Of a DNA stretch of 64,000 nucleotides, positions 53,250 through 64,000 are shown in pieces. This stretch comes from Phoronis australis (lineage: Eukaryota; Animalia; Phoronida). The DNA is taken from the NCBI GenBank assembly GCA_002633005.1, contig NMRA01000306.1, positions 358,447 to 422,446 of the forward strand, given 5' to 3'. The position numbers and the translations under genes were made by a program. Every line of letters begins with the position of its first letter. Position 1 is the stretch's first letter. The notes under the pieces were generated by a model, which worked only from the letters and a program-made list of their open reading frames with translations, was not told the DNA's origin and ran no database searches.

Positions 53250-54840
53250 AAAAAACTCATGCTACAGACTCATTGAGGATCGGACATTTTGGAAAGTTTA
53301 ATTAAAGACGTATTTTTTCAAATCGATATAAGATGTTTAATTCGGACTTGTAAGATACAGTATGTATAGTACTGTTTGTGCTTTGCGCTGAAATCTTGGG
53401 TTACATGTTTAGAGATAATTATGAAGTAAAGGGAATTAATTGTGAGACTAGAGAGGTAAAAATGCTACAGTGTGCCGATGATACAACAATTGTAACAGAT
53501 GGTTCTGAAAAGTCTCTTAAAAAATCTCTGGATCTTTTGGACCAATCTGCTAAGTATTCAGGTCTTAAGCCTAATATTGAATGGATTGGACCCAGGAAGT
53601 ATGATACCTGCATGCCTGATTTTGCAAAAGCTTTAAAATGGTCAAAAGAGAATTTTCAGCTTTGGGGATTAAATTTATTTTAAATATAGATGACATGATT
53701 GGTTTGAACTTTTGACATTGAAAAGATGTTCAATGGAGGAAACTGTTTTTTTAAAATGGTAGCCCAGTTTACTGGGAATCCCTTTTGGAAGGATGTGTTT
53801 GTTTCAACATTTGAGTTTGGTTCGATATTAAACGAGGTCAAAGAAGACTACATAATACGGTCACTTCCTTTATGACATAACACAAAGGTTCAAACTGGAG
53901 GAAAACCAATATTTTAACCTACTTGCAACAAAAAGGGTGTGAGATTCCTTGGTGATTTATTTAACGAAAACGGAAATTTCTTGCCATAAAACAGTTTTGC
54001 AGACAAATTTGGTTTTAAACCTTTTTACACTTTATTGCGGACTAAAACAATGTTTGAAATTAACTTTCAAAAGTATAGCGTTTTCAAGTGCAAAAGTGTC
54101 TCAACCAGTTATCACATAACTCTGGCAAATTTTGGCGAAAAATTTGAAAGGTACTCGTAACATATATGATATTTTTTCTGACAACTTTGTTACAAAAACC
54201 AAAAGGATTAGAAAAATGGGAAAATACGTTTGTTTTTGACCGAATGGAAGTTATGTTTTCAAACTTCTGTTTTTTGTACTTCAAATATTACACTCAGATG
54301 GTTTCAAATGAGAATTGTTCATAGGATTTTAGCAACAAACAACTTTTTGATGCGAATTGGTACTTCTCCAACTGACCGATTGACCTTTTGTAGGAATGAA
54401 CCTGAAAGTTTAGAACATTGATTTTGGGGTTGCACTTTTGTTAAGCCTTTTTGGAAAAGAATACCTGCAAATTATATTCACGCAAAAATGTCAAAATATC
54501 GATAATTTTCAGACTGTTATATTTCGTAAAATTGGGAAAGCGAATGAACTGTTAAATCTTATCATTCTTTTGGCCAAAAAGCATATATACTGTAAAAAGC
54601 TGAAAGTAGAGCCTCCATCTAGCACTTTTCAAAAACGAATTAGAAATTTATTTCACATTCAAAAAATATAATTATTGTAGAAATGGGTATGTTTTTTCCT
54701 CTTTAAAAAGACACTACAGATGACAAGTGGATATTTGGTGTTTTTGCTTTGTGAAATTGTTTTCAGTGAAATGTGTGCATGACTCTTCACTGTACTGTAC
54801 TGTATTAATATTATTGCAATAAAAGTTTAAAAAGGAAAGA
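53250..54840 (+). mobile_element. 5'-truncated L1/Tx1-clade LINE (RT plus zf-RVT relic)
   Basis: FVLCAEILG...QCADDTT...SGLKPN (RT), FWKDV and LRWFQMRIVHRILATN...TFCRNEPESLEH. AATAAA at 54818 followed by an A-rich tail. Confidence 0.88.
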
Positions 54841-55823
54841 TATAGTATGATCTCGCTGTGGGGCTCAAATTAAGTGTCTGATCTGATATTTTGAGAACCT
54901 CCGGTAAGTACAACTGATTTCAATATATTCAAAGTATTGATAAATGCAGACGAAGATTTTGTGCATTTGTGCGCTTGCCTTCTAGGCTCACCGAAAGATT
55001 CCTCATTGAAAAATGTCTGCTTAGAAATTTTTTCTGTCGCAACATGCAGAAACTCAAAAAAAGAAGCATCTGTACAGTGTGCAATGTATGATATGACCCA
55101 ACATATCAAGTGAATAATGATTTCGGAACTTTATGTTTGTGCATATACGTCAAAGTTTTCATCGTGTATTTTTACGTTTTGTTCATGAAGATTTTGAATT
55201 TCTGCTATAGTATGTCAGAGCACAAGTTTCCTTTAGTTCCAAATTTCAAAACGTCAACTGCTCGTCACTCCGTCGACTTTTCCCACAAGGCAAAGCACTT
55301 CTCCTTTTTTGATATGGCAAGACGTAGACGTAGCAGATTTACCTTACGTAGAAAATGCGAATTTGACCTTTGATGAAAAAGAAACATTGCCGATTTCAGG
55401 AAGCGGCCAATCCGACCACCTTGAGCGCATGCGCGCATATATATTATTAGGGTCAGAGAATTTGAAAACTGTACAGGAACGAAAGAGTTTTTTATTTCGT
55501 ATTTTGTTTCAAAAATAGTGAATCTGGCGGTTTTTCCTAAAATTCTTTTAATATTCACAGTGAATAACTCTCACGTTAGCATACCCAAGAATTAAATTCC
55601 CCACTACCTGTTTAAATTCCTTTTTATAATTTTTGCGTTCCCTGCCTTTTTAAGGATTTTCCAATAATACAAATTTTATTCAAAAGTTATATTTCAGTGA
55701 ATCCATTAGTTTTGTAATTTCAGTATTCCCCTTGTTGTCTTGCTGCCCTATTCACCGTCTTCGTTCCAAAACGGGTTCTACCATTAACTTCACTATACGT
55801 TATTACTTTTAATTAAGACTCTA

Positions 55824-56040
55824 TCTGGTAACATCTTGAGTGTTTACTTCAATTTACTTTAATTTTACCATTATATTCGTTGGTCCCCATTTCTCAAAGG
55901 GTCTGACATTTCAAATGTCTATAAATTTAGTTCTCAATTTCTGGTAACATCTCGGGTGTTTACTTCAGTTTACATTGATTTTGTCATGTTATTCATTGGT
56001 CGGGTTTGACCATTCAGGTTTCTATAAATCGATGTCTAAT
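55824..56040. repeat. Two diverged ~116-bp tandem units upstream of DIRS gag
   Basis: TCTGGTAACATCT.G.GTGTTTACTTCA.TTTAC occurs at 55824 and 55940. Confidence 0.7.
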
Positions 56041-56436
56041 TTATAAATGTTCGGTTGCAACTTGGGTGCTTGCTTCACCCGCCTCTTTTTCTTCATGGTC
56101 AGTCTCTGCTTTTGTTAAGCTTACCAATCATTTTATCACTTACCTTTATCAGTTTTACCTACCCATTAGTAAGTCTAACTTTGGTGTCCTTCACTTCATT
56201 TCATTTCCATCTTAATTCACCTCTCCGGTTTTTCTGTTTACCTCCTGGTCTAGCCAAAAAATAGGTGGCCTTGGTTTTCCATTGCTCAATATTGCTGCAC
56301 CTTTTACTCTTCCCTTTCAGCATACCACGCCAATCGACCAGAAAATCTTCGTTGCCATATCAGACTCGCGGACCATCTCATCAAGAGCCACCCGAGCATC
56401 CGCAATCACGTCATATACAAGAAAACCCGTCCCTTC

Positions 56437-57039
56437 GTGCTTCTCTACGGGCCTTACTCAACCATGACCATTCACAAGCTCAGCCTTCGAAGGCATCGAC
56501 TCAGCCACCCCAAAGTCCTGCGACAACTCCTTCAACCACGAATCCGACAACACCTCCGCCAACCGTTATCACCACTACAACACCGCCTACGTCCTCATCG
56601 GCTCCAGTCATATCCACATCACCCGAAGACCATGCGCCACCAATCTCAGGTAACCTCTATCCATCAGCTCATACCTCTCTGGCTTTGTGTTTCAAAGTCG
56701 ACGCCAAAGCAAAAAACAATCATGTGGACTGATCAATTTGTAGATTTTAGTCAACTCCTTAATCCGGTTTCATCTAGTCAGCTTCAGCTTACCACCGTTA
56801 ATCATCAATCAGTTATCTCCCCAATCCCCAAATCTCGTTCCGCCAACATGTTCCAGTGGAACCAAGCATTTCTCGTCTATTTAACTAGCTACACCACCCG
56901 TCATCCACATCAAGCACCTCACCTTGCAAAGTTTTGTCAAATTATGCGCTCCAGCAATCATCATTTCGGTTTTGCTCCCGCCATTCTCTACGATCAACAG
57001 TTTCGACAACTTCGTTCAACAACCCCTGTTCCTTGGTAA
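56437..57039 (+). pseudogene. DIRS/Ngaro gag-like relic
   Basis: WTDQFVDFSQLL...QWNQAFLVY...RHPHQAPHLAKFCQIMR...YDQQFRQLR...W. Confidence 0.85.
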
Positions 57040-57279
57040 CCAACATGGAACCCTGGAACCACGTTATCTTCCAATCCTACAAAATCTGGTCTCCCTACAT
57101 TTTCTCCAATATTTTCCGTACCAACTATCCAAGCCACCAGTCCTTTCATTTTCAATTCCTCCAACCACGTTCTTCCGCCTGCCAACCTGGCGTTTTTCCA
57201 ACAAAACGGTTTCCACCCACTTCGCGTGCCCTATCTCCTCGCGTCCTCAACCCCAAACACGACCCACATCCACCTCCAC

Positions 57280-58590
57280 CCGACCTTCCAACACCCCTAA
57301 AAATAAACAAACTTCAACCATATCTTATTTGTTACCCATCCTCCCTTATCACCTGTATTATCCGTATCGCCCACGGTTTCACTTACGGTTTTCATGTCGG
57401 TTTATCCTCATCATTTCCCTCTCCACCTCCGCATAATCATACTTCGGTGGTCCTGAACTCCGATGTAATTAAGCAAAAAGTCACCATGATGTAGATTGTG
57501 GCCGCTATTCCGGTCCCCACTAATACCCACTATTTGACACTCCATCACCTGGGCTCATTTCTAGGTAAGACTCCGGTAAGTTTCGCCTTGTCAATAACCT
57601 TTCATATCCATCCAGGGAGTGTGATTCCGTTAATTCTGATATTATCTTTTCTTTCACTCAGGTTCACTATCAAACCATTGAAAACACCATGCATCTCGTC
57701 CGCAACTCCGGCCACAATTTTCTCATTGCTAAAACACACGTACAGGACGCCTTTACAATCGTTCCCGTAAACCCTTTTAGTTACTGTTTCCTTGGGTTTG
57801 TGTGGGCTGGTAAGTATTATTTCAACCGATGTCTCCCTTTGGTCTTTCTTTCTGATGTAACATATTTAAACTTATCAGTTCATCCTTCGGATGGATTTTC
57901 AGAAAAAACTGAATGCCCAAGGGGTGTCCCATCTTCTTAACAACTTCTTCTTCGTTGTCTCCTAATCCCCCTGATGCTCTTCATATCTCCAAACCCTTCT
58001 CATCTTCTGTGAGAAAATAGGTGTTCCCATTAATCACCAAAATACCTCCCTTCCAACAACCTCCCTCACTGTCAATGGAATCCATCTTGACTGGAAAACT
58101 ATGACGGCTCCCCTGCCGGAGTACAAACTTACTAAGGCCCTACAACTATTAAAAAAACTTTCAACATACAAGTTCTGTGTTATTACGTGACTTCTCATTG
58201 GCTTGCTCAATTTTGCCTGCTTTGTCGTCGTTCCTGGTCGGGCCTTCCTCCGTCGACCTCACTTTTCGCATATAACAAACTCATTATCACGTCACTCTCA
58301 TCAAAGAGGCCCCTACTGACATTCACGCTTGGCTTTCTCTTTTCCAATCCTTCAATGGTAAGGTTATGTTCCTTTTCGAACATTGTACCTCATAACAATC
58401 ACTCAAACTGTATACTAACTCTGTACGCCGCTGTTTGCAGGTCTAACTTGTTTTCTGGCCCTTGGCCTTCCTATATCTCCCATGTTTCATCACCTTCAAG
58501 GAACTCTTCCCCATCGTTCTTGCCTAAGAGATTTGGGGTCCTACATGTAAATTGCTAACCCTCGCATTCGTTCAATGTGCGACAACCATT
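57280..58590 (+). pseudogene. DIRS/Ngaro RT-RNase H relic
   Basis: PTPLKIN, GFTYGFHVG, HNHTS, IAKTHVQDAFTIVPVNP...LGFVWAGKYYFNRCLP, LIGLLNFACFVVVPGRAFLRR, KELFPIVLA and CDN. Confidence 0.85.
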
Positions 58591-58609
58591 AAGTGATTCC
58601 ATGCATCTC

Positions 58610-59095
58610 TTTACCCTGCCATATTCTCCACGGTCTTTCGCGCCTTGCTTGGTGTGAATTTACTGTTGCAGCCTCTGCCTCCTCATCGCTCTTCATCTTC
58701 CTGGTCTCTGACGTCTCCGTCACCTCTACGTCGATGTCTCTCACTATTTCCCACTACAAACATCATGACCACACACCAACCATTGTCATCATTCCTCGTT
58801 CTACCAGACTTCATTGCCTTGTTTCAACCCCCTTCAGCACTACCTCAGTCTCTCCAACCACTCCTCGGGTCTCCTCTTCCAGTTTCCAAATGGTTCCCCC
58901 ATCTCTTGCTCATTGTTCATTTGCAACCTTAACTTAGTACTCGAGTGCGTCGGTCTCGATCCTAAATGCTATACATCACTTAATTTCCGTATTAGCGCAC
59001 CCACCTCCGATGCGACCTTTCAAACCCCTGACTCGACCATTCAGCGTATGGGTGGCAGGAAGTCCGACGCTTCCATGAACTTTGTTCGTCTACCC
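58610..59095 (+). pseudogene. Tyrosine recombinase relic
   Basis: FHGLSRLAWCEFT (R box), ISHYKH, and YTSLNFRISAPT...IQRMGGRKSDASMNFVR (decayed HSFRIGAAT...GRWKS..Y.R). Confidence 0.8.
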
Positions 59096-59159
59096 TCCCT
59101 CCACTTCCCCCTACTAACGTTCCCACTCACGCATTACCTTAAACATCTGCCTCTTCCAT

Positions 59160-59515
59160 AAGCAGCTGTATTGCCAGTGCTCAGCCTCACCACACCTTTT
59201 CTCACTAACCGGGCAACTTTATTGCCGGTGCCCAATCCCACCCACCAATACTTTTTATCATAGGGGCAACTGTATTGCCGGTGTCCAGTTCACTAGTCAT
59301 TTTCATCTCAGGGGCAATTTTTTTGGCAATGTCCAATAACGCTCACCAACATCTTCCTTTTACGGGTAACTGTACTGCCAGTGTACTTTTCACTCCCCAA
59401 CATTTTCCACCCTAGGGCCAACTGTATTGCCAGTGCGCAGCCAACTTTTCATCAACACTCTACTATACCTTTAAACGTTGCGGGGTTCTCCCTCCCGGGC
59501 AACTAGTGCCAGTCC
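59160..59515 (+). repeat. Array of 7 palindromic repeats (GGGCAACTGTATTGCC.GTG) with variable linkers
   Basis: Units start at 59160, 59211, 59264, 59312, 59364, 59416 and 59497 (spacings 51, 53, 48, 52, 52, 81). Confidence 0.85.
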
Positions 59516-60448
59516 TCAACACACTTGTTGTTTAGGTTCCTGGTCTATCTATCTTTATTCTCTCCATGTTAACGTTTTTCCAAGCGTTCTATTTGTTTCC
59601 ATTTATGTATTTCTGAGTATTCGTACATGTGTCAATATTTCTGTATGTACACCGTATGTACATTGGTAAATTTACCAATATGGCATACGGTGTTTATAAT
59701 ATGTACGTCACCTTTTGTATATTCTTTGGTTGCTATCGGACCCTGCCAGCTATGAACTCCTCTTAGGTTTCCGTTACTCTCATTTCAACACTTGTTGTGT
59801 ATTGTACACATGATTATATTGTCAATTTAAACAGCTATCCCACACCATGTTAGGCTTTTTCTTATATTCATAGCTATTGTTACTCCGTTTTACACATTGT
59901 ATTTTTGTCAGCCTCGTTCGCTCACCCTCGATTGGGTGGATGCACCCTTCTGCTGCATGTGTGGCAGACTGTCATCCACCTTGACATCTCAACATATTAT
60001 TTTGTACTTATCCATATCTGTTGTAGTTTAGTTTGTTTCAATATATCCTCACGTGTTGTCTCACTGTAAACTAGCTTCGGTATCGCGTCGCTGTTAGCGT
60101 ATATAACTATTATTTATGTATTAAATTATTCTATGTAAGCTATACTGCTTAATCTGTATTATCATATTCTCGGGTCAGTGACCCTTTTTTGTTCTCCTAC
60201 CATTGGTTAATTGTACCACGTGATTTCTTTGTCTCGTCGCAACACTGTGCCATCGTCCATAGTTTCGCTTCAACTCTATAATTTTAAGTCAATTTCTATA
60301 ACCCTCCCTTCCTCAATCCATTTTTACTACTTATTCTCAATTTTCTCACGTCGATGTCACGGTGTTCCATTAGCATATTGTTACCCATCTGTCCAGCTCA
60401 GCATAGTGTATCACTTCGAAATACCTGTAGCAGTTTAATGCCCATCGG

Positions 60449-60529
60449 GCGATGATTTTCCAAAGTCCACTCGGGCTCTAGATAACGGGGGACAACGACT
60501 TCGCCATGTAATTATCCATATTTATCTCA
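60449..60529 (-). repeat. Second copy (left arm only) of the 12075 hairpin element
   Basis: Its reverse complement TGAGATAAATATGGATAATTACATGGCGAAGTCGTTGTCCCCCGTTATCTAGAGCCCGAGTGGACTTTGGAAAATCATCGC matches 12075-12157. Confidence 0.85.
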
Positions 60530-61612
60530 TCCCCATGTGTTGTTTCACTGTAAACTAGCCCCTACGTATCGCTTCGCAGTTAGCGCATAAAACACATTAA
60601 GTTTAAGTTCACGACTACGAACTGCCGTCGACGTCAAGGTGGAATTAGTGAAGATCTATCAAGAACGTTTAGGAGTGAACTTCGTGAAAAAGCATTTCTT
60701 CAAAAGTCAATATACCTTTAGTAAGGAAACATCTTTTGCAGTGTGGTGAAATAGCCCAGCCGTCCAGATCATTCCACAAAATCTGCCACCTTGCAGGTTA
60801 ATGATACAGGTAGTTTACATGTACATGAAAAATGTCGCAGCTGATGAGGGGACTCTTCCATAAGAGGGGCTGAAAGGTACGTGCCGCCAACTTATATATT
60901 GTGAGTGATTTGCCATCTCTAGTACAGGTGTAGTTTCGGGCAAGTAATTTATTCCCGTGTATCGTCTCGGACGCTTATTTTTGGATTCCCTATACCGTCT
61001 CGAATGGGCAAATGAACAAGGTACGACCGAGGAATTTCATGGTAGCTCTCTGGGTTCAGTTTCCCAGTCGCTGGTGTACGTGTAATGTGTCGGACTGTCG
61101 GATTTTCCTAGCGGGCGGCACGCCGCCACCAGTTACATGGAAAAGACCCCGGGATGTCGCGGTGATCCAAATAACTTACAATATACACAGTATGGTGCCA
61201 ACACTAATCCTTGGGGTCACAGGACACGCGTGAGGGGAGTACAGCCAATATATCTGAAAAAGAAAACGAGAATATTTAATGAATCAAGCAAATGGTTGGA
61301 TGGGACTGCCAGTTTTACGTATACGATACAAATATAGCCGAAGAGTTCAAAATGCGTACTCAGCGAACCGGAAAATACGCGACTTTAAGTAAATGATCCC
61401 TTTATGAGTGCGCGTTGTGGCAAAGGTGCTTTAATTTGATTTCAGTTGCCAGCTTATTGCACAACACTTCTGTTTTAGTTGACTTCAGACGGATCACGAC
61501 TTTTAGAGACAGTCAAGACGAGGCCGAGTGCAGAGAAGTAGGATATACTAGGCTTCCCATGCCGGGGGCATGTAACCGGTATGAACGTTACAAAACAGTT
61601 TCAGGTTATAGA

Positions 61613-61684
61613 TACACACCCACACGCACGCACGCACGCACACACACACACACACACACACACGACCACACACAAACACACACA
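61613..61684. repeat. (CA)n/(CACG)n microsatellite
   Basis: Direct reading. Confidence 0.9.
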
Positions 61685-61710
61685 GGCACTCAGATTGTGT
61701 GTTTGTGTGT

Positions 61711-62982
61711 CAGGTGTACCAAAAAGTGAGCCACTTTTTGACAAGTAATTTCTCAGCATTGAATAAGCCGAATTTTCTCAAACTTCTTACATGGAATCCT
61801 TGGGATACCATCAACAAATAATTAAAATGTCGAATGGATTTGTGTCCAATTGTGGGAGTACAGTCAAATTAAAATTACATCACGTCAAAAATAAAACACC
61901 AAAGGGAAGCTCACTTATTTCAGTGTATACTCAATGTGTCCTCCATCTTCCTCCACCACTAAACGGAGCCGTTTCTTCAAACCACAAAAGCTTTTCCATA
62001 TTTTTTCCACCAAGATTTTCTCCCATGACATAGATATCCTGTATTTTAACTCCTGCTCAGCCAAATTATCTCTCATTCCCCGGTAAACTATCTCCTGCAG
62101 AGAGTCCCATATGGCATAGTCCATTGGATTGCCATCAGGATTTAGCAGAGGTCGCTCGTGCTTTTGGACAAATTTTGGAGACTGGCCTCTTCCCGATGAG
62201 CCTTGATTATCTTGCTTGTATGTGAAGGAGCCCAATCTTGCTAAGACACGCATTTGTTTTCAGGATAAAGTCGCCTGCAATCCGGGAGAATGTTTTCTTC
62301 CAATAACTGCATGTAGCGTTGATTGTTAACTTTGGCTCTAAGTGTCAGTAAAATGAATATCTGTTTCTGCCATTCTTTGCACAGAAGATTTTCTCACTTG
62401 TAAATGGCCTGCAACTTCTTTCAGAGATTTGTGGCTTTCCTTGGATTGAATCAGTTCCTCAACATAATCCTCATTTTCTTTCAAGCATGCTGTCGTGGGT
62501 CTCTCACTGCCACCGTTACGCGTAACAGACCCTATGTTGCGTATTTTAGCAATAAGCATATTTACAGTGGCACGACTCCACCCTTTTCCTGAAAACTCCT
62601 TTACGATTCTTCCTCCGCCTAACCCTTTCTCCTTGAAACAAGTTTCAATAGTAAACTTTCACTCAAAGGCATCCTTACAAACCGGAATATTGGACAGAAC
62701 TGATTTTGATACAGATATGTTCAGGGCAGGCAATTTTTTGACCGACAGATGCCAGCACTGCGTGAACACGATACAAGTCACAGTGATATTGCATTTTCAC
62801 CCTGCTGTATTCTCATGTAATTTCAGAGAACTTCCATAATTTTGTATATTTCTCTGATATAATTTTGTGGACTTGTTGATTACACCCTGGAGATACACTG
62901 GGAAAAATATTACCGTATTCGGTTGGTCGAGTGCTGAGACATTTACTTGTCAAACAGAGGCTCGCTTTTAGGACACCTAATG
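61711..62982 (-). mobile_element. Tc1/mariner (maT-type) element with both TIRs and an internally deleted transposase
   Basis: Left TIR CAGGTGTACCAAAAAGTGAGCCACTTTTTGACAAG; diverged right TIR CTTGTCAAACAGAGGCTCGCTTTTAGGACACCT. The HTH region (WSRATVNMLIAKIRNIGSVTRNGGSERP) is joined directly to TDIHF...NPMDYAIWDSLQEIVY...GGHIE. Confidence 0.88.
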
Positions 62983-63938
62983 TATACGAATTCCTGTTTC
63001 ACGAAAAGTGGCAGTCACCTGCGGAATATTTCCTGAAAGTGGACATTTCCGACGGTTTGAAATTCTTCTTCAGAATATATTTGCGATGTTCAATCATAAT
63101 ATCTGCATGAATTTCCCTTTTTTAATCTGATAGTAAGAAAAGTTGCCGCACGCACTATAGTTTTGTCAAGCTGAATTCTCGACATGAACGAGTCAACGCC
63201 TACGGATCTTGTCATTCACCTGCAATCGGTGAACGGATCGCATATGCTTTTTGAGAGCTCATAATGACTGCTTCGCAAAAACTTCCATAGATACTGAATA
63301 AGACTCAGGAAAAGGCAATTAACGTTCTAACTTGTTACAGGCTGGTGAACACAGTGATGCATACGATGTCGAACACAATCCGAAGTGCATGTAAACTGTG
63401 AGGTCGGGGCCGCGCACGTCTGTTTCGGAGTGACGCTTTTATACACCTGTAACTAATTGGAATTTATGGAATTGTATCTACGTTGACCACAAAGTTGCAG
63501 TTTAACCAAAAACTTCACTAAACCGCTTGCCATCACACGACAACACCTAGATTGCTATCACGGTACTTATAAGTCTCATTAAAATAATTGCTTTTAACCA
63601 TTTAAGACAAAACTTTTAATTATGATTTTGCAATCACTATAGCATGAAAGAAGAGTGGTCAGTGAAAGTTAAATTTCAGTACAAATTACTCACAAAAGTT
63701 GTAGGCGTCGTGCCGGGTGTTTCTCCAATTACTGTCAAATTTTCGTATGGAGCACAGAATAGCCAAACCTGGGTTTGTCTGAAACATATTGTTACCAATT
63801 GTGTCTCAGATAACCAAACCATGGCATAATTCTCATCGATAACAACAACACAAGATGTACGTGTACATGGACCAAAGCAGAGACAGGATCATAAATGGCT
63901 GCACTTAACTGACTTCACTGGTTCTACAGGGCACACCA

Positions 63939-63960
63939 GAGAGGGAGAGAGGGAGAGAGG

Positions 63961-64000
<40 letters not shown>
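63939..64000. repeat. (GA)n microsatellite running off the window end
   Basis: Direct reading. Confidence 0.95.

Larger units (their letters stand above)
55800..60590 (+). mobile_element. DIRS-order (probably Ngaro-like) tyrosine-recombinase retrotransposon, degenerate; 5' boundary uncertain
   Basis: Gag, RT, RNase H and YR relics in order, then a palindromic repeat array and a split ~60-bp direct repeat (60045 and 60529). Confidence 0.85.

Noticed and set aside
56265-57494. Overlapping Pro/Ser/Thr-rich ORFs as mucin-like genes
   Set aside because: They are alternative frames of the C-rich DIRS gag/pol region.
59160-59515. Calling the palindromic array a true CRISPR
   Set aside because: The context is a eukaryotic TE with no cas genes, the repeats are degenerate and the linkers resemble each other. 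Kept only as a repeat and a finding.
60845-61153. Possible MITE with GGGACTCTTCCAT / ATGGAAAAGACCCC ends
   Set aside because: The TIR is too degenerate and no TSD could be established.
63425-63451. Extra Tc1-like end (GCTTTTATACACCTG-TA)
   Set aside because: No partner TIR or transposase relic could be assigned within the window.

Overview
This is AT-rich eukaryotic DNA, most likely from a marine invertebrate; that is an inference from the transposon repertoire and the strong TACATGTA enrichment. I found no intact host protein-coding gene, and almost all ORFs in the supplied track are spurious or transposon fragments. The window is a cluster of nested, decayed transposable elements. These include two maT (DD37D) Tc1/mariner relics and three internally deleted Kolobok elements (TTAA target-site duplications, TSDs) that keep convergent THAP and KolX N-termini. 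A full-span but dead BEL/Pao LTR retrotransposon (GTTCA TSD, tRNAi-Met PBS) carries nested insertions and itself interrupts an Academ-like relic. Also present are an Academ derivative with a TAA TSD, an ISL2EU-like element (SAP/YqaJ convergent with THAP/DDE), a Helentron-type element, two L1/Tx1 LINE fragments, several MITEs and Crypton-like hairpins, and a DIRS/Ngaro tyrosine-recombinase retrotransposon. Three signals stand out: (i) an array of palindromic 16-21 bp repeats with more variable ~30 bp linkers directly after the DIRS/Ngaro recombinase; (ii) paralog comparisons consistent with TACATGTA and TAGGCCTA arising as 6-bp insertions at TA sites, as expected for transposon excision footprints; (iii) a Crypton-like hairpin element carrying a tRNA-like Pol III cassette. 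All family assignments come from motif recognition by eye, not database searches.
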